Positions 1 through 32,237 of a DNA stretch of 64,000 bases are shown here, piece after piece. A model generated the notes under the pieces. It did not search any database. It saw nothing but the letters and a program-made list of their open reading frames with translations, and had not been told where the DNA came from. Both the position numbers and the translations under genes were made by a program. Positions within the stretch are counted from its first letter, which is position 1. Every line of letters begins with the position of its first letter. The stretch is from Octopus vulgaris (taxonomy: Eukaryota): positions 43,524,001 to 43,588,000 of the forward strand of contig OX597832.1 in the NCBI GenBank assembly GCA_951406725.2, read 5' to 3'.

Positions 1-421
1 ATAGATAAAAAAAACTATTATGGGCTTTTTTTTTCTTTTTCTTTTTTTCTCAAATTAAGTCCAGAAAGAGAGAGAAAAAGATAATTATAGACAGAAGGAG
101 AAACTAAGTACTGATATGATTTAGTACAAAGTATTAAGTAAGCGTATTGTGTGTGACTATGAATTTGCATTTTAAAATATTAATTGAAATCCACCATAGT
201 ACAAGGTTTTTAATTATTGAAACATAATGTCATTCGCCACACATGAATGATTAAACAAAAGTAATTAAAAGCAGTTTTCTTGTTCTGTTTTGTTTTCTTG
301 TTTTTTGGGGGGTTTTTTTAATAGTTTTTTTTTTCTTTTTCAGATTAGTTTAAATGTTGAAAAAGTCATCGTAAATATTAAGAGATTCAAGAATCGCCCA
401 AGATGCGATACTGTATAGAAA

Positions 422-537
422 CATCATTATTATCATCACATATTATTATTATTATCACTATTATTATTATTATTATTATTATTATTATCATCACTATTAT
501 TATTATTATTATCATTATTATTATCATCATTATTATT

Positions 538-585
<48 letters not shown>

Positions 586-613
586 GTTATTATTATTGTT
601 ATTATTACTATTA

Positions 614-653
<40 letters not shown>

Positions 654-805
654 CATTATTATTATTATTATCATCATTATTATCATTATCATTATTATTA
701 TTATCATCATTATTATCATTATCATTATTATTATTATCATTATTATCATTATTATCATCATTATTATTACTATTATTATTATCATCATTATTATTATTAT
801 TATTA
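422..805. repeat. (ATT/ATC)n microsatellite
   Basis: Read directly; it explains the poly-I/N/L ORFs. Confidence 0.97.
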
Positions 806-2367
806 CCGTGAACAATTTCTAGTATTTTTATGCTCCCCAACGATGTCTCGATGCATTTATTTGTTCGACCTGCTGCAAATCGAAGCCAAGTCTGACAATA
901 AATCGTAGCTTCCTACAGACAACAACCCAAAAACTAATTCTTAATAGCACCCAAAATATCCCTCTACATACATACAAACAAACAAACTGGTCGTAGTACA
1001 AAATCTGAATTAAATTCCACCGCAAGCTGTGTCACACAAAGCTGTATAGGACAAAGTGAAAGTGGTTATAAACAAGGGTTAGCATAAAGGCATGGAAGTG
1101 GTTCGTTATAATCACCAAAGATCTCCTTTACCAGGATTTATCGGCAAAACTAAAGAGGATTCAGTGACCCTTTGTTGTAACGAAAAACTTAAGCTTTACT
1201 GGGTTTTCTATCTTCGTTAATCCACGACTCCATTTAGTTACATGACATCGTATCAGGATTTTTGATATTCCTTGGTTTATATATTTCAATGTATTTCGAA
1301 ATATTCAAAACCTCCTTCAAATCAACATCCCCTGGTGTCTTTTAAGAAGAGAGGAGAGGCACCAGGTGAGATAATTACGGCTGGTGACCCTTTAATTATA
1401 GGTATATAAAAGAAATAAGGGGTTGACCAGATGAAGCGGACACAAGATCGAGTGTGAGGGAGGCACGACCTCCACATAAATAAGAAGGAAAGTCAAGGGA
1501 ATCGGACGAAGGAGGGCGGCAATAATGACATTAGTGTTGTTATTAGGGAATAAGGGATAAGGATAGGGAGAAAGGAGGATGGTGGAGAATAAGAGGAGTC
1601 GTATAAGAGACAGACCTTTAAATCTTCGGCAGAAACGTAATCATAAATGATTGCTTCGGCATCCATGATAGATTCTGTAAAGAGGACTCCGCCGACAGAA
1701 GAGTGATTTCCCTTTGTTTGGCTTTCTCTCTCCCTTCCCCTCCTTCAATGATGTATGTGTGTGTGTGTTGTGTATCAGTATGTGTGTGCGTGCGTGCGTC
1801 TGTATGTATATAAGTGTGTGTGTGTCCAAAACATCCTTACGCGCACGCACTCGCTCCGACTTTCCCCTCTCACTTTCTCTCATGCTGTCTTAGTCTCATT
1901 CACAGTGCACACGTATTCTCTCTATCTCTCTCTCTCTTCCTCTCTCTCTCAAGGCGGCGAGCTGGCAGAGATGTTAGCACGCCGGGCGAAATGTGTAGCC
2001 GTATTTCGTCTGTCGTTACGTTCTGAGTTCGAATTCCGCCGAGGTCGACTTTGCCTTTCATCTTTTCAGGGTCAATAAATTAAGTACCAGTTACGCATCG
2101 GGGTTGATGTAATCGACTTGATCCGTCTGTCTGTCCTTGTTTGTCCCCTCTATGTTTAGCCCCTTGTGGGTAATATAGAAATAGGTATTTCGTCTGCCGT
2201 TACGTTCTGAGTTCGAATTCCGCCCGAGGTCGACTTTGCCTTTCATCCTTTCGGGCTCGATAAATTAAGTACCAGTTACGCACTGGGGTCGATGTAATCG
2301 ACTTAATACCTATGTCTGTCCTTGTTTGTCCCCCCTGTGTTTAGCCCCTTGTGGGCAATAAAGATGT

Positions 2368-2425
<58 letters not shown>

Positions 2426-2939
2426 CCAAGACACTCTCTCACATTATATTTACATGCGCGCACACGTACACACTTCCTCAATCTAACAATTCGATCGTCA
2501 TGTATTACCTTGTTTTACTTTCCTCTCGATTCTGCTCTCACTTCACGGAATATTGAAGTATCCACAATCCAACGAAATGAACCTCGAAGATGGTTCAGTT
2601 TATAAAAACTATCAAATCTCCCTACTGGAGCTCCTTTGATTAAAGACCCTGTTGGATCGAGACTGATCTAAGATTAAGCAACATCAACAAAAGAGATCAC
2701 GCTCAGAAACGTAGAATATGATACGAATTAAAGCGATCACACAAAAGTGAATACAGCCAATGGTCCCTTTTAAGTTTTCCTATGGGTTTTGAAAAAAACT
2801 ACACTACGTTCTTCGATTTGGTTTGCAAGATTCTTTCAGAATACACTACGTTCGAAAGTGGTCTTTTTTTCCAAAGAATGTGCACATCCGCGCTAGTCAC
2901 CATCGCTCAAACTTGTTCGTTTACAAAAAAATAGTCCGA

Positions 2940-3376
2940 TTTAGAGACGTGCAACCAAACGCATACCCTCCATCAGACACCTACCATACTCTGAGCGCCT
3001 TGTTTCCCTGGGCATGGATTCACTGAAGCTCCGGCGTCTGACGATGGACTTGATAAAAACCCACAAAGTTATCAACCACCTCACCAGCAACAACACTGAA
3101 CACCTTTTTGATTCCCATGTGTCTAACACACGTGGACATGCCTACAAAGTCAGAAAACAACACAGCTCCCATGACTTTCGGAAACATTTTTTCACGCTCA
3201 GAGTTGCTGAAGCATGGAATAAACTGCCTTCGTCAGTTGTTGACTGCCATGACACTGCATCCTTTAAGGCCCTCATGCTTTCTGAAATCCGCCAAAACTA
3301 CACCTGATTATATGTACACTTTAGATGAGTTGTAGTGCAACTGAGCACTGTACACAATGTTTTATTATTATTATTA
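2940..3376 (+). mobile_element. CR1/L2-group LINE 3' fragment
   Basis: LGMDSLKLRRL...TRGHAYK...RKHFFTLRVAEAWNKLP is a typical CR1-type ORF2 C-terminus, followed by a (TTA)n tail. Confidence 0.85.
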
Positions 3377-3577
3377 TCAACCTTGTATGTGTGTACTTAT
3401 TACCATCTAAACGCACAGTTTACAAATATAAGCTGCTTCGAACAAGTATCATCAATTAGCTTATTTTCCCAACGTTTCGAACGTTGTAACCACCAATTTT
3501 CTTCGGGTACCTGTCTCGTTCGATAAGAGTTTAAAATCGAACCCTTTATTTCACTCCGAAAACTTACCACAGATATT

Positions 3578-4168
3578 CTTGGCAGAATTGTTAGCACGCC
3601 GGTCGAAATGCTTAGCGGTGTTTCGTCTGCCGTTACGTTCTGAGTTCAAATTCCGCCGAGGTCGACTTTGCCTTTCATCCTTTCGAGGGTCTATAAATTA
3701 AGTACCAGTTTCACACTGGAGTCGATGTAATCGATTTAATCACTTTGTCTGTCCTTGTTTGTCCTCTCTGTGTTTAGCCCCTTGTGGGTAGTAAAGAAAT
3801 AGGTATTTCGTCTGCCGTTACATTCTGAGTTCAAATTCCGCCGAGGTCGACTTTGCTTTTCATCCTCTCGGGGTCAATAAATAAAGTACCAGTTTCACAC
3901 TGGAGTCGATGTAATCGACTTATCCCTTTGTCTGTCCTTGTTTGTCCTCTCTGTGTTTAGCCCCTTGTGGGTAGTAAAGAAATAGGTATTTTGTCTGCCG
4001 TTACGTTCTGAGTTCAAATTCCGCCGAGGTCGACTTTGCCTTTCATCCTTTCGGGGTCGATAAATAAAGTACCAGTTCCGCACTGGGGTCGATGTAATCG
4101 ACTTAATACCTATGTCTGTCCTTGTTTGTCCTCTCTGTGTTTAGCCCCTTGTGGGTAGTAAAGAAATA
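3578..4168 (+). mobile_element. SINE family B (GGCAGAA..GTTAGCACGCCGG head) with body triplicated
   Basis: About 181-bp body repeated three times. Other copies at 1953-2365, 16873-17100, 21390-21590, 28963-29180, 31703-31935, 44649-44980 and 62174-62397. Confidence 0.85.
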
Positions 4169-5328
4169 TATATCAGACATGCTCGACCCACTACTACTAT
4201 TACCTCGTTTCGCTTGAACCAAGGCACGCGCACACACGCACATACTTACGTGTAGGTTTCTTAGAAAAAGTTTCACAAGTCAAGGAGGGAAAGTACGCTC
4301 GAATATCAAATAATAAAGAGGGTGTATTATTTTATATAAGTTTTATTAACTTAGGATGATTAGAGATAATATTCTTACAAAGTAAGAATAAATACTCATC
4401 AGACATGACTGAACCGAAAAATAATAGCTCGGGATCTTTGGTAAATTGACGTTTTGGAAAGAAAACCTCCGAACAAGTCACAGAGTTGCTGCAAAAAAGA
4501 AGAAAAAAAAAACGAAACGAAACAAAAAACTGGGCTAACGTCATGAAATGGATTTAGTTTCTCCAGAGTTATATCCCTTAGATTGGCCTAAAACGTCAAA
4601 TTTTGCCCTCCACTTAGAATATATTTCTTTACTACCCACAAGGGGCTAAACATAGAAGGGACAAACGGTCTTACATGTATTTGTGTGTATGTGAGTTAGG
4701 AAAGTTGAGGGGGAAAATACGGAGACAGAAAAGCTGGGGGGGGGGGCTAAGTCAATCGGGCGATCTTTCGTTTTAACTCTCAGAACTGTCGTCATCCAAA
4801 GTTCGTTAATTTCCGTAAATTTTTTATTTATTTACTTTTGTTTTAAAGTGAAAGAGAGGAAAAAGAGAAAGTGAAGTATGCATGTACGTGTATATGAACT
4901 GGACGTGTGTGTGTGAAACAGAGAAATAGAGAGAGAGAGAGAGTGTGTGAGTGACGAGGTGTGTTGTCATGTATACGTACATACATCAATACATGAGCAT
5001 ACGCCTTTTTTTTATGTATGTACGTGTGTGTGTGTGTGAGAGAGAGAGAGGGTGAACGTGTGTGTTCTCATGTATAAGTGGCACGCACACACACACACAT
5101 ACGTCCATTCCATATACACTCTTTTACTCGTTTCAGTCATTTGACTGCGGCCATGCTGGAGCACCGCCTTTAGTCGAGCAAATCGACCCCGGGACTTATT
5201 CTTTTGTAAGCCTAGTACTTATTCTATCAGTCTCTTTGGCCGAACCGCTAAGTGACGGTGACGTAAACACACCAGCATCGGTTGTCAAGCAATGCTAGGG
5301 GGACAAACACAGACACACAAACATATAT

Positions 5329-5383
<55 letters not shown>

Positions 5384-6365
5384 TACGACAGGCTTCTTTC
5401 AGTTTCCGTCTATCAAATCCACTCACAAGGCATTGGTCGGCCCGGGGCTATAGCAGAAGACACTTGCCCAAGGTGCCACACAGTGGGACTGAACCCAGAA
5501 CCATGTGGTTGGTTAGCAAACTACTTGTTTAGCAACCACATGGTTCCGGGTTCAGTCCCACTGCGTGGCACCATGGGCAAGTGTCTTCTACTATAGCCTC
5601 GGGCCAACCAAAGCCTTGTGAGTGGATTTGGTAGACGGAAACTGAAAGAAGCCCGTCGTATATATGTATATATATGTGTGTGTGTGTGTGTATGTTTGTG
5701 TGTCTGTGTTTGTTCCCCTAGCATTGCTTGACAATCGATGCTGGTGTGTTTATGTCCCCGTCACTTAGCGGTTCGGCAAAAGAGAACCGATAGAATAAGT
5801 ACTGGGCTTACAAAAGAATAAGTCCCGGGGTCGAGTTGCCCGATTAAAGGCGGTGCTCCAGCATGGCCACAGACAAATGACTGAAACAAGTAAAAGAGTA
5901 TGAGATTTATAAATCTATTTGTTAGGGTATCATAATTATGTTATAAACATAAAATTCTGTCAGGGTTTTTTTTTCTTTATCAAATTTGTCTAATTTCATT
6001 GAAATAGTTCATTCTGGAACACCCTAATATACATTTGGTCATTCAACCTTATCAAACAAATTTTCCTTAAATCAAACTAGAGTATCTTCAAGGACATATC
6101 TTTTTTGTTCCTTCTACAGCCATCTTACTATGCTAGCATGTGTTGGATGATATACTCTTTACTCTTTTTAGTCATTTGACTGCGGCCATGCTGGAGCACC
6201 GCCTTTAGTCGATCAAATCGACCCCGGGACTTATTCTTTGTAAGCTCAGTACTTATTCTATCGGTCTCTTTTGCCGAACCGCTAAGTGACGGGAACATAA
6301 ACACACCAGCATCGGTTGTCAAGCAATACTAGGGGGACAAACACAGACACACAAACACATATACA

Positions 6366-6409
<44 letters not shown>

Positions 6410-6683
6410 GACAGGCTTCTTTCAGTTTCCGTCTACCAAATCCACTCACAAGGCATTGGTCGGCCCGGGGCTATAGCAGAAGACACTTGCCCAAGATGCC
6501 ACCCAGCGGGACTGAACCCGGAACCATGTGGTTGGTAAGCAAGCTACTTACCACACACCCACTCCTGCGCCTATATATATATGTGTATGTATAAATAAGT
6601 ATAAGATCGTTAATTTAAAATAGAATAACGATCTTATCAAGTGGCCAGCATGGAAAAAATAGCCTTTAAAGGACATAATTATT

Positions 6684-8221
6684 TAAATTATAAATTAGGG
6701 TATCTACCAGATACCACCATGCTGAAAATAGCAGCCAAGATCTGATTCTAAAATCACCTTAAAGTCAGATCTTATTAAAATTATAAATTAGGGTATCTAC
6801 CAGATACCACCATGCTGAAAATAGCAGCCAAGATCTGATTCTAAAATCACCTTAAAGTCAGATCTTATTAAAATTATAAATTAGGATTATTACGAGATAC
6901 CACCATGCTGAAAATAGCAGCCAAGATCTGATTCTAAAACCACCTTAAAGTCAGATCTTATTAAAATTATAAATTAGGGTATTTACGAGATACCACCATG
7001 CTGAAAATAGCAGCCAAGATCTGATTCTAAAATCACCTTAAAGTCAGATCTTATTAAAATTATAAATTAGGGTATTTATGAGATACCACCATGCTGAAAA
7101 TAGCAGCCAAGATCTGATTCTAAAATCACCTTAAAGTCAGATCTTATTAAAATTATAAATTAGGGTTATTACGAGATACCACCATGCTGAAAATAGCAGC
7201 CAAGATCTGATTCTAAAATCACCTTAAAGTCAGATCTTATTAAAATTATAAATTAGGGTATTTATGAGATACCACCATGCTGAAAATAGCAGCCAAGATC
7301 TGATTCTAAAATCACCTTAAAGTCAGATCTTATTAAAATTATAAATTAGGGTTATTACGAGATACCACCATGCTGAAAATAGCAGCCAAGATCTGATTCT
7401 AAAACCACCTTAAAGTCAGATCTTATTAAAATTATAAATTAGGGTATTTACGAGATACCACCATGCTGAAAATAGCAGCCAAGATCTGATTCTAAAATCA
7501 CCTTAAAGTCAGATCTTATTAAAATTATAAATTAGGGTTATTACGAGATACCACCATGCTGAAAATAGCAGCCAAGATCTGATTCTAAAATCACCTTAAA
7601 GTCAGATCTTATTAAAATTATAAATTAGGGTATTTATGAGATACCACCATGCTGAAAATAGCAGCCAAGATCTGATTCTAAAATCACCTTAAAGTCAGAT
7701 CTTATTAAAATTATAAATTAGGGTTATTACGAGATACCACCATGCTGAAAATAGCAGCCAAGATCTGATTCTAAAACCACCTTAAAGTCAGATCTTATTA
7801 AAATTATAAATTAGGGTATTTACGAGATACCACCATGCTGAAAATAGCAGCCAAGATCTGATTCTAAAATCACCTTAAAGTCAGATCTTATTAAAATTAT
7901 AAATTAGGGTTATTACGAGATACCACCATGCTGAAAATAGCAGCCAAGATCTGATTCTAAAATCACCTTAAAGTCAGATCTTATTAAAATTATAAATTAG
8001 GGTTATTACGAGATACCACCATGCTGAAAATAGCAGCCAAGATCTGATTCTAAAATCACCTTAAAGTCAGATCTTATTAAAATTATATATTAGGGTATTA
8101 ACGAGATACCACCATGCTGAAAATAGCAGCCAAGATCTGACTCTAAAACCACCTTAAAGTCAGATCTTGGCTGCTATTTTCAGCATGGTGGTATCTCGTA
8201 GATACCCTAATTTATAATTTT
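6684..8221. repeat. 93-bp tandem array (about 16 units) ending in a hairpin
   Basis: ATACCACCAT recurs at 6711, 6804, 6897 and onwards. 8161-8221 is the reverse complement of the unit's first 60 bp or so. Confidence 0.95.
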
Positions 8222-8764
8222 ATGTGTATGTATAGATAGATATAAGTATACATATACATGTATATACATAAGGTAAATGAAAGACAGAAGATGGAAGATA
8301 CAAGAATTTTTATTGATCACTACAATCGATTCAACACATCTAGCATCGATCGCTCCTGGGAGGAATACTTAACAACCGGGTCGGGAGCATCCAACGGTAC
8401 AGATGTGTCTCTTTGGGTGATAATTAGATATAACTCGTTAAAATAAAAATTCTGCAATGTATCTTCTCATTTTGTGTAAAGAAAAGCAACAAATTAAAAG
8501 ATATAGCTTCATTTTATATGGAAGATCAATCATAGAATAACAAATGCAAAAAAGAAACAAACACCCAATACAACAAGAAAAATATTAAAAGTAATCATTA
8601 ATGGATATGGATGAATAAACACCCTGGCATAAGCTGTGACGCATGTACACTCACTCATATATGCATCCACGAATATGTAAGCATATGCACACATGTGGTT
8701 TGGCATGCATACGTTCACATAGGGAGTTAAATAGCTATTTGGTGTTCATAAGAATAAGGAGGTT

Positions 8765-10037
8765 AAAGCTAAGCTTAATGCATCCATATCTTAAAGTAAA
8801 TTATGTTAAGGAGTGGCTGTGTGGTAAGTAGCTTGCTAACCAACCACATGGTTCCGGGTTCAAAAGCTAAGCTTAATGCATCTATATCTTAAAGTAAATT
8901 ATGTTAAGGAGTGGCTGTGTGGTAAGTAGCTTGCTAACCAACCACATGGTTCCGGGTTCAAAAGCTAAGCTTAATGCATCTATATCTTAAAGTAAATTAT
9001 GTTAAGGAGTGGCTGTGTGGTAAGTAGCTTGCTAACCAACCACATGGTTCCGGGTTCAAAAGCTAAGCTTAATGCATCCATATCTTAAAGTAAATTATGT
9101 TAAGGAGTGGCTGTGTGGTAAGTAGCTTGCTAACCAACCACATGGTTCCGGGTTCAAAAGCTAAGCTTAATGCATCCATATCTTAAAGTAAATTATGTTA
9201 AGGAGTGGCTGTGTGTTAAGTAGCTTGCTAACCAACCACATGGTTCCAGGTTCAAAAGCTAAGCTTAATGCATCCATATCTTAAAGTAAATTATGTTAAG
9301 GAGTGGCTGTGTGGTAAGTAGCTTGCTAACCAACCACATGGTTCCAGGTTCAAAAGCTAAGCTTAATGCATCCATATCTTAAAGTAAATTATGTTAAGGA
9401 GTGGCTGTGTGGTAAGTAGCTTGCTAACCAACCACATGGTTCCAGGTTCAAAAGCTAAGCTTAATGCATCCATATCTTAAAGTAAATTATGTTAAGGAGT
9501 GGCTGTGTGGTAAGTAGCTTGCTAACCAACCACATGGTTCCAGGTTCAAAAGCTAAGCTTAATGCATCCATATCTTAAAGTAAATTATGTTAAGGAGTGG
9601 CTGTGTGGTAAGTAGCTTGCTAACCAACCACATGGTTCCAGGTTCAAAAGCTAAGCTTAATGCATCCATATCTTAAAGTAAATTATGTTAAGGAGTGGCT
9701 GTGTGGTAAGTAGCTTGCTAACCAACCACATGGTTCCGGGTTCAAAAGCTAAGCTTAATGCATCTATATCTTAAAGTAAATTATGTTAAGGAGTGGCTGT
9801 GTGGTAAGTAGCTTGCTAACCAACCACATGGTTCCGGGTTCAAAAGCTAAGCTTAATGCATCCATATCTTAAAGTAAATTATGTTAAGGAGTGGCTGTGT
9901 GGTAAGTAGCTTGCTAACCAACCACATGGTTCCGGGTTCAAAAGCTAAGCTTAATGCATCTATATCTTAAAGTAAATAATGTTAAGGAGTGGCTGTGTGG
10001 TAAGTAGCTTGCTAACCAACCACATGGTTCCGGGTTC
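8765..10037 (+). repeat. 98-bp tandem array (13 units) of flank plus SINE head
   Basis: GAGTGG recurs from 8811 to 9987 every 98 bp. The last unit continues into the SINE body. Confidence 0.95.
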
Positions 10038-10620
10038 AGTCCTACTGCGTGGCACCTTGGGCAAGTGTCTTCTGCTATAGCCTCAGCAGAAGTTCGCCAT
10101 TACCTTCTGTCAGAGCCGCGTGGAGCTTAGGTGTTTCGCTCATAAACACACACATCGCCCAGTCTGCGATTCGAACCCACGATCCCTCGACTGCGAGTCC
10201 GCTGCTCTAACCACTAGGCCACGTGCCTCCACTGGTGCAGGTGAGTAGAATATGGTAACCGGTATTAAGGAAAATAAGCCCTAAAATTCACTCTATAATT
10301 GCCCACAGGCATATAACATAGTGGTTAAGATTGCAGGTTCAATTTCAGTCAGTGACTTGAATAAGTAGTAATAATAATAATAATAATAATAATAATGATA
10401 ATAATAATAATAATAATATCAGCAAAAAATACCTTAGGAATGAAAACAGAGTAGCCAAATAAAGGGTTGGGTTTGAAATTCTACCAGAACACCTGATGAA
10501 GGCTGGAGAGTACACTAGGTGAAATATTGTGGTAACAAGAAACAAGATGAAGACACCTATCTGTCCAATGTAAATATTAACCTAGATAGTTTATTTATTT
10601 AGATATTTAGTGCTGTGTTT

Positions 10621-10643
10621 TTTATTTATATATTTTATTTATT
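10621..10643 (-). promoter_or_regulatory. Candidate polyadenylation signals (AATAAA) of copy A
   Basis: Several AATAAA hexamers 50-70 nt after the stop. The AT-rich context lowers specificity. Confidence 0.4.
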
Positions 10644-10690
10644 TACTTATAACTTCAGTTCATTTCTTAGCTTTGTAAAAAAAAAAAAAA

Positions 10691-28250
<17,560 letters not shown>

Positions 28251-29556
28251 TATTCTGAATTTTTTTTTTTTTTTTTTTTTCAATCAATAAAGTCGTTTCG
28301 AAATCAAAATGTGAAAAACTGAAATAAAGATAGAAAAAAAAAAAAAAAAAACTATTTTAGAATTTAATCCTTTCGTTACTGTATTTATTTTGAGATGCTC
28401 TGTGTTTCTTTCAATTACTTTAAATATAACAAAGATGATGTAAGAATTTAGTAAAATAACTTAGTTATTATTAAGCTTGTGATAGGAACATAAATTGTGA
28501 CTAAGGTTTGGTGGAAGATTTTAATTCAAAACTCATGAAAACAAGACATTTGTACTCAGAGCCAGAGCCGGTTTCAGCCGGGTTGGTAACGAAAGGGTTA
28601 AAATGTATAACTTTTAATCACGCCAACATTTATAGCTAGTTACCATTCTTATCAGTGTTTATCAACCTTTTCTGTCTCACACTTCTAGGGAATGTTTGAT
28701 TAATTTTTTTTTTTAATAATTAAGACAATCCAATAGAAGATGAAAAGGATTTTCTAATAACTAATTAATTTGTTATTGTTTTAAGTAAACACTGCAAAAT
28801 AATAAAGTTCTTGGTGTGGCACATAAAAAGCACCATCCGATCGTGGCCGTTGCCAGCTTCGCGTGGCCAGTGGCACATAAAAAGCACCATCCGATCGTGG
28901 CCGTTGCCAGCCTTGCCTGGCCCCCGTGCCGGTGGCACGTAAAAAGCACCATCCGACCATGGCTAAACATAGAGGGGACACATAGAGGGGACAAACAAGG
29001 ACAGACAAATGAATTAAGTCGATTACATCGACCCGAGTGAGTAACTGGTACTTAATTTATCGACCCCGAAAGGATGAAAGGCAAAGTCGACCTCGGTGGA
29101 ATTTGAACTCAGAACGTAACGGCAGACGAAATGCCGCTAAGCATTTTGTCTGGCGTGCTAACGATTCTGCCAGCTTACCGAATGTAATGTGCATTCTGGT
29201 TCAATGACCCTCTCTTGCTGGACAGGTTAAGGACAGAGACCAAATTAATATGGTCTACCTCTTCTCATAAGGTTAACACCCTTACACAGAGGAAAAGTTA
29301 CAGAAGCATCAATGACAATTCAGAACTGACAAGACTTGGGAGAGGAAGGCCTTCTTTCAGGGAAATATATGACACAGTGCAGCAGAATCCAAATGGTAGC
29401 TGTAAGGCCAATTACCTTGAAGATTCAGTTACTGTTTCTAGCAAGTCTCAGACTCCTTTGTTGGTCTGTAAATGTTAATTTTAGTTCAAAAATTGATTTG
29501 CCATCAAAAGTGAAATAATTGCCAAGCCTCTGTGTATGAGAGAGACGAAGGGGAGG

Positions 29557-29626
<70 letters not shown>

Positions 29627-30174
29627 ATAAGAGAAATATGTAAATGGCTCAAGGCTGCCAAAAGAAATTCATGAAAATTAGTCCAAAATTTGAAAATAAT
29701 GCAAAATGTAAATTTGACGGTAATGACAAATGACTGAGACCTTCAGTAAGATGCTGTGCTTGAGAAATCATAGTCGTGGCCGTTGCCAGTGTCTTGTAAA
29801 TGGCACCTATGCCAGTGGCACATAAAAAGCACCCGTTACACTCTCAGAGTGGTTGGCATTAGGAAGGGCATCCAGCTGTAGAAACCATGTCAAATCAGAC
29901 TGAAACCTCCAGCTTACCAGTTCCAGTCAAACCGTCTAACCCATTCTAGCATGGAAAGCAGACGTATGATGAGGATGTTGTTTGGTTTTGAGTTTAAACT
30001 GAAGGATTACTCAATACATTTTAATAGAAAACAAAATTTTGCAAAGAAAAGGCTGACAGTAGCTTTAATAATAACAATAACAATAATAATAGGGAGTATA
30101 GCTCCAAACTTACAGGGAAAAATTCAATTTAGTATTAAATCAAATTTCACTGTATAAATATATAAATATAAAAC

Positions 30175-30210
<36 letters not shown>

Positions 30211-30677
30211 TGGCCCCCGTGCCGGTGGCACGTAAAAAGCACCATCTGATCGTGGCTGTTTGCCACCCTCATCTGACACCTGTGCCGGTGGCACGTAAAA
30301 AGCACCCACTACACTCACGGAGTGGTTGGCGTTAGGAAGGACATCCAGCTGTAGAAACATTGCCAGATCAGACTGGGCCTGGTGCAGCCTTCTGGCTTCC
30401 CAGACCCCCAGTTGAACCGTCCAACCCATGCTAGCATGTAAAGCGGATGCTAAACGATGATGATGATGATGATGATTGGTTTCAATTAATCATACATGAC
30501 TGTGGCCATGCTGGGGCAGCGCCTTTCGTTGAACAAATCAACCCCTAGTACTTATTCAAGGAAACACACACACATTTATATATGTATATATATATATATA
30601 TATATAGTAAAGAAATATATATATATATTTATATATACATTTATATATATATATATATATTTATATATATTAATATA

Positions 30678-30742
<65 letters not shown>

Positions 30743-32237
30743 AAATATATATATATATATTTAAAATTTAATAAGGGTAGAAATTGATGTTAATCAATTA
30801 AAACCAGTGGCCCAGCATATTAAAAAATCTGAAGATTAAAATATTTTTACATGCAAAATTTAAAGGACTGACCACTGAAAGTGGACCATCAACATGCTAG
30901 ATATAGATGTCAAATCGCTATTTTCCACAAAGAATATGTTCTCAAATAAAAACTCAGCACAATACCAAAGCGTTAAAAATAAGCAAGACAAATGAAAATA
31001 TACGAAATAAAAATGATTACCCATGTACTGAATCAGTTTCGATTATTGATATTCGCAAGGATAAACTGTAATCTCGTCAGCATGTTTTGTCATTATAGAA
31101 AATACAATGCAGGACTAGATGCAAAAACCGCTTGACCGGAGCCTCGCATGCATGGAGTCCAACCGATTATATTTTTGTGTATCTTTGAGCGTGGCCTTAT
31201 ATATATACACACAACTGGATTCTTTCAGTCATGGCTATTGTTAGCATTTATTCATCTTTCATTTTGATTCTTTGCGCTTTCAGTTTGTTATATTTTATTC
31301 TTTGCCATAAATATGTTTAAAGATCAGAAGACAACCCATATTTTTGGGGTGGGTTATTAATGTTTAGTCATGCCTATTATTAGCATCTATTCATCTTTTA
31401 TTTTCATTTGTTGCCATAGATATGTTTAAATATTGGAAGATAACCTATATTTTTTTTTTAAGCATGACACATTAGATAAAAGCTTTTACGAAGAATTTGC
31501 GCTTCGGCGTAGACTATCGCAGCCATTTCAGCTATGGTTTCACTGCTGTTTCTAGAGAATCAAATGACCGTAGAGGATTACTCATTTGCTAGGATATGTC
31601 TATCGTTAGTCGTTAATGTTATTTAGTTCCTCGTCAGTTTTGACCTATGATCAAAGACATCCTACTTGTGACGACCAGTGTAACTCGGATTCCATTGTCG
31701 AAAGGCGGGGAGCTGGTAGAAACGTTAGCACGCCGGGCGAAATGCTTAGCGGTATTTCGTCTGCCGCTACATTCTGAGTTCAAATTCCACCGAGGTCGAC
31801 TTTGCCTTTCATCCTTTCGGGGTCGATAAATTAAGTACCAGTTACACACTGGGGTCGATGTAATCAACTTAATACCTATGTCTGTCCTTGTTTGTCCCCT
31901 CTATGTTTAGCCCCTTGTGGGTAATAAAGAAATAGGATTCCATTGTCGAATGTGTCCTTAAAAATGATGGTAGGTGTGACATGTGAAATATCTGAACTTT
32001 TAAATAAAAGGCAATCCATGAAAATGAAAATGATCTGTTTCACCTATTCGGCAATTTCTGTAAAATAAAAAATTATTCCTGACCAAACAGCTTCATGCCT
32101 GCTTGAAGACTTACTTTAAGGCCTTCACTCTCTATGGAGAATAATCCAACGACATTTTTTTCTCCACTGATTTTAAGGTTCTGGGGTATCCTTTCTGCTT
32201 CTCTTCAGTAAACATTGCAAAATAATAAAGTTCTTGG

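Noticed and set aside
387-840. Poly-Ile/Asn/Leu ORFs
   Set aside because: Translations of an (ATT)n microsatellite.
4332-4544. 70 aa minus-strand ORF in unique sequence
   Set aside because: No motif, homolog in the window or splice context to support coding status.
6684-10037. CRISPR-like arrays
   Set aside because: The units are near-identical head-to-tail repeats without unique spacers; the context is eukaryotic and there are no cas genes.
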